This document shows positions 63,859 through 64,000 of a DNA stretch of 64,000 nt, one piece after another. This DNA comes from Eledone cirrhosa (lineage: Eukaryota). The notes beneath the pieces were generated by a model, which ran no database searches, was not told the origin of the DNA, and saw only the letters and a program-made list of their open reading frames with translations. Where the stretch lies: contig OZ024740.1 of assembly GCA_964016885.1 (NCBI GenBank), forward strand, positions 157,356,001 to 157,420,000, given 5' to 3'. Position 1 is the first letter of the stretch. Each line of letters begins with the position of its first letter. The position numbers were made by a program, and so were the translations under genes.

Positions 63859-64000
63859 GAATGAAATCTCCTTGACCTCGTAATTCGTTAGTTTCATATC
63901 TGATGGAATGTTTTTAAGCCGTCCTTCGCAATTGGTAACGCGGTCTTTATGAATAAAGTAGGTTAGAGCGTAAACGAAGTTGAACTCACAGACGCCGAGA

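Overview
Eukaryotic, AT-rich DNA made up almost entirely of repeats. The repeat families (RTE LINEs with (GAT)n tails, Dong/R4- and CRE-type RLE LINEs, CR1, tRNA-derived SINEs, Penelope-type hammerhead modules in (TA)n) suggest an octopod cephalopod genome; this is an inference. No intact host gene is visible. The main finding is a 2.77-kb Gypsy-type LTR element (2215-4979, minus strand) with two 256-bp LTRs, a 4-bp TSD, a tRNA-Trp PBS and a PPT. Its gag/PR/RT/RH region is replaced by the uninterrupted 5' part of a host neurochondrin (NCDN)-like sequence lying ANTISENSE to the element and joined exactly at the PBS. This geometry fits mis-priming of plus-strand strong-stop DNA on a host mRNA. 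Other points: several minimal hammerhead ribozymes, including a non-coding element with inverted ribozyme-bearing arms (10373-12733); LTR termini TG...AA; a cluster of (TACA)n-associated Dong/R4 LINEs; a ~5.1-kb triplication built in two steps (19.5-35.4 kb); and RTE LINEs with a PHD finger inserted inside the RT domain and a repeated 5' UTR. All alignments were done by eye, so coordinates of degenerate elements are approximate.
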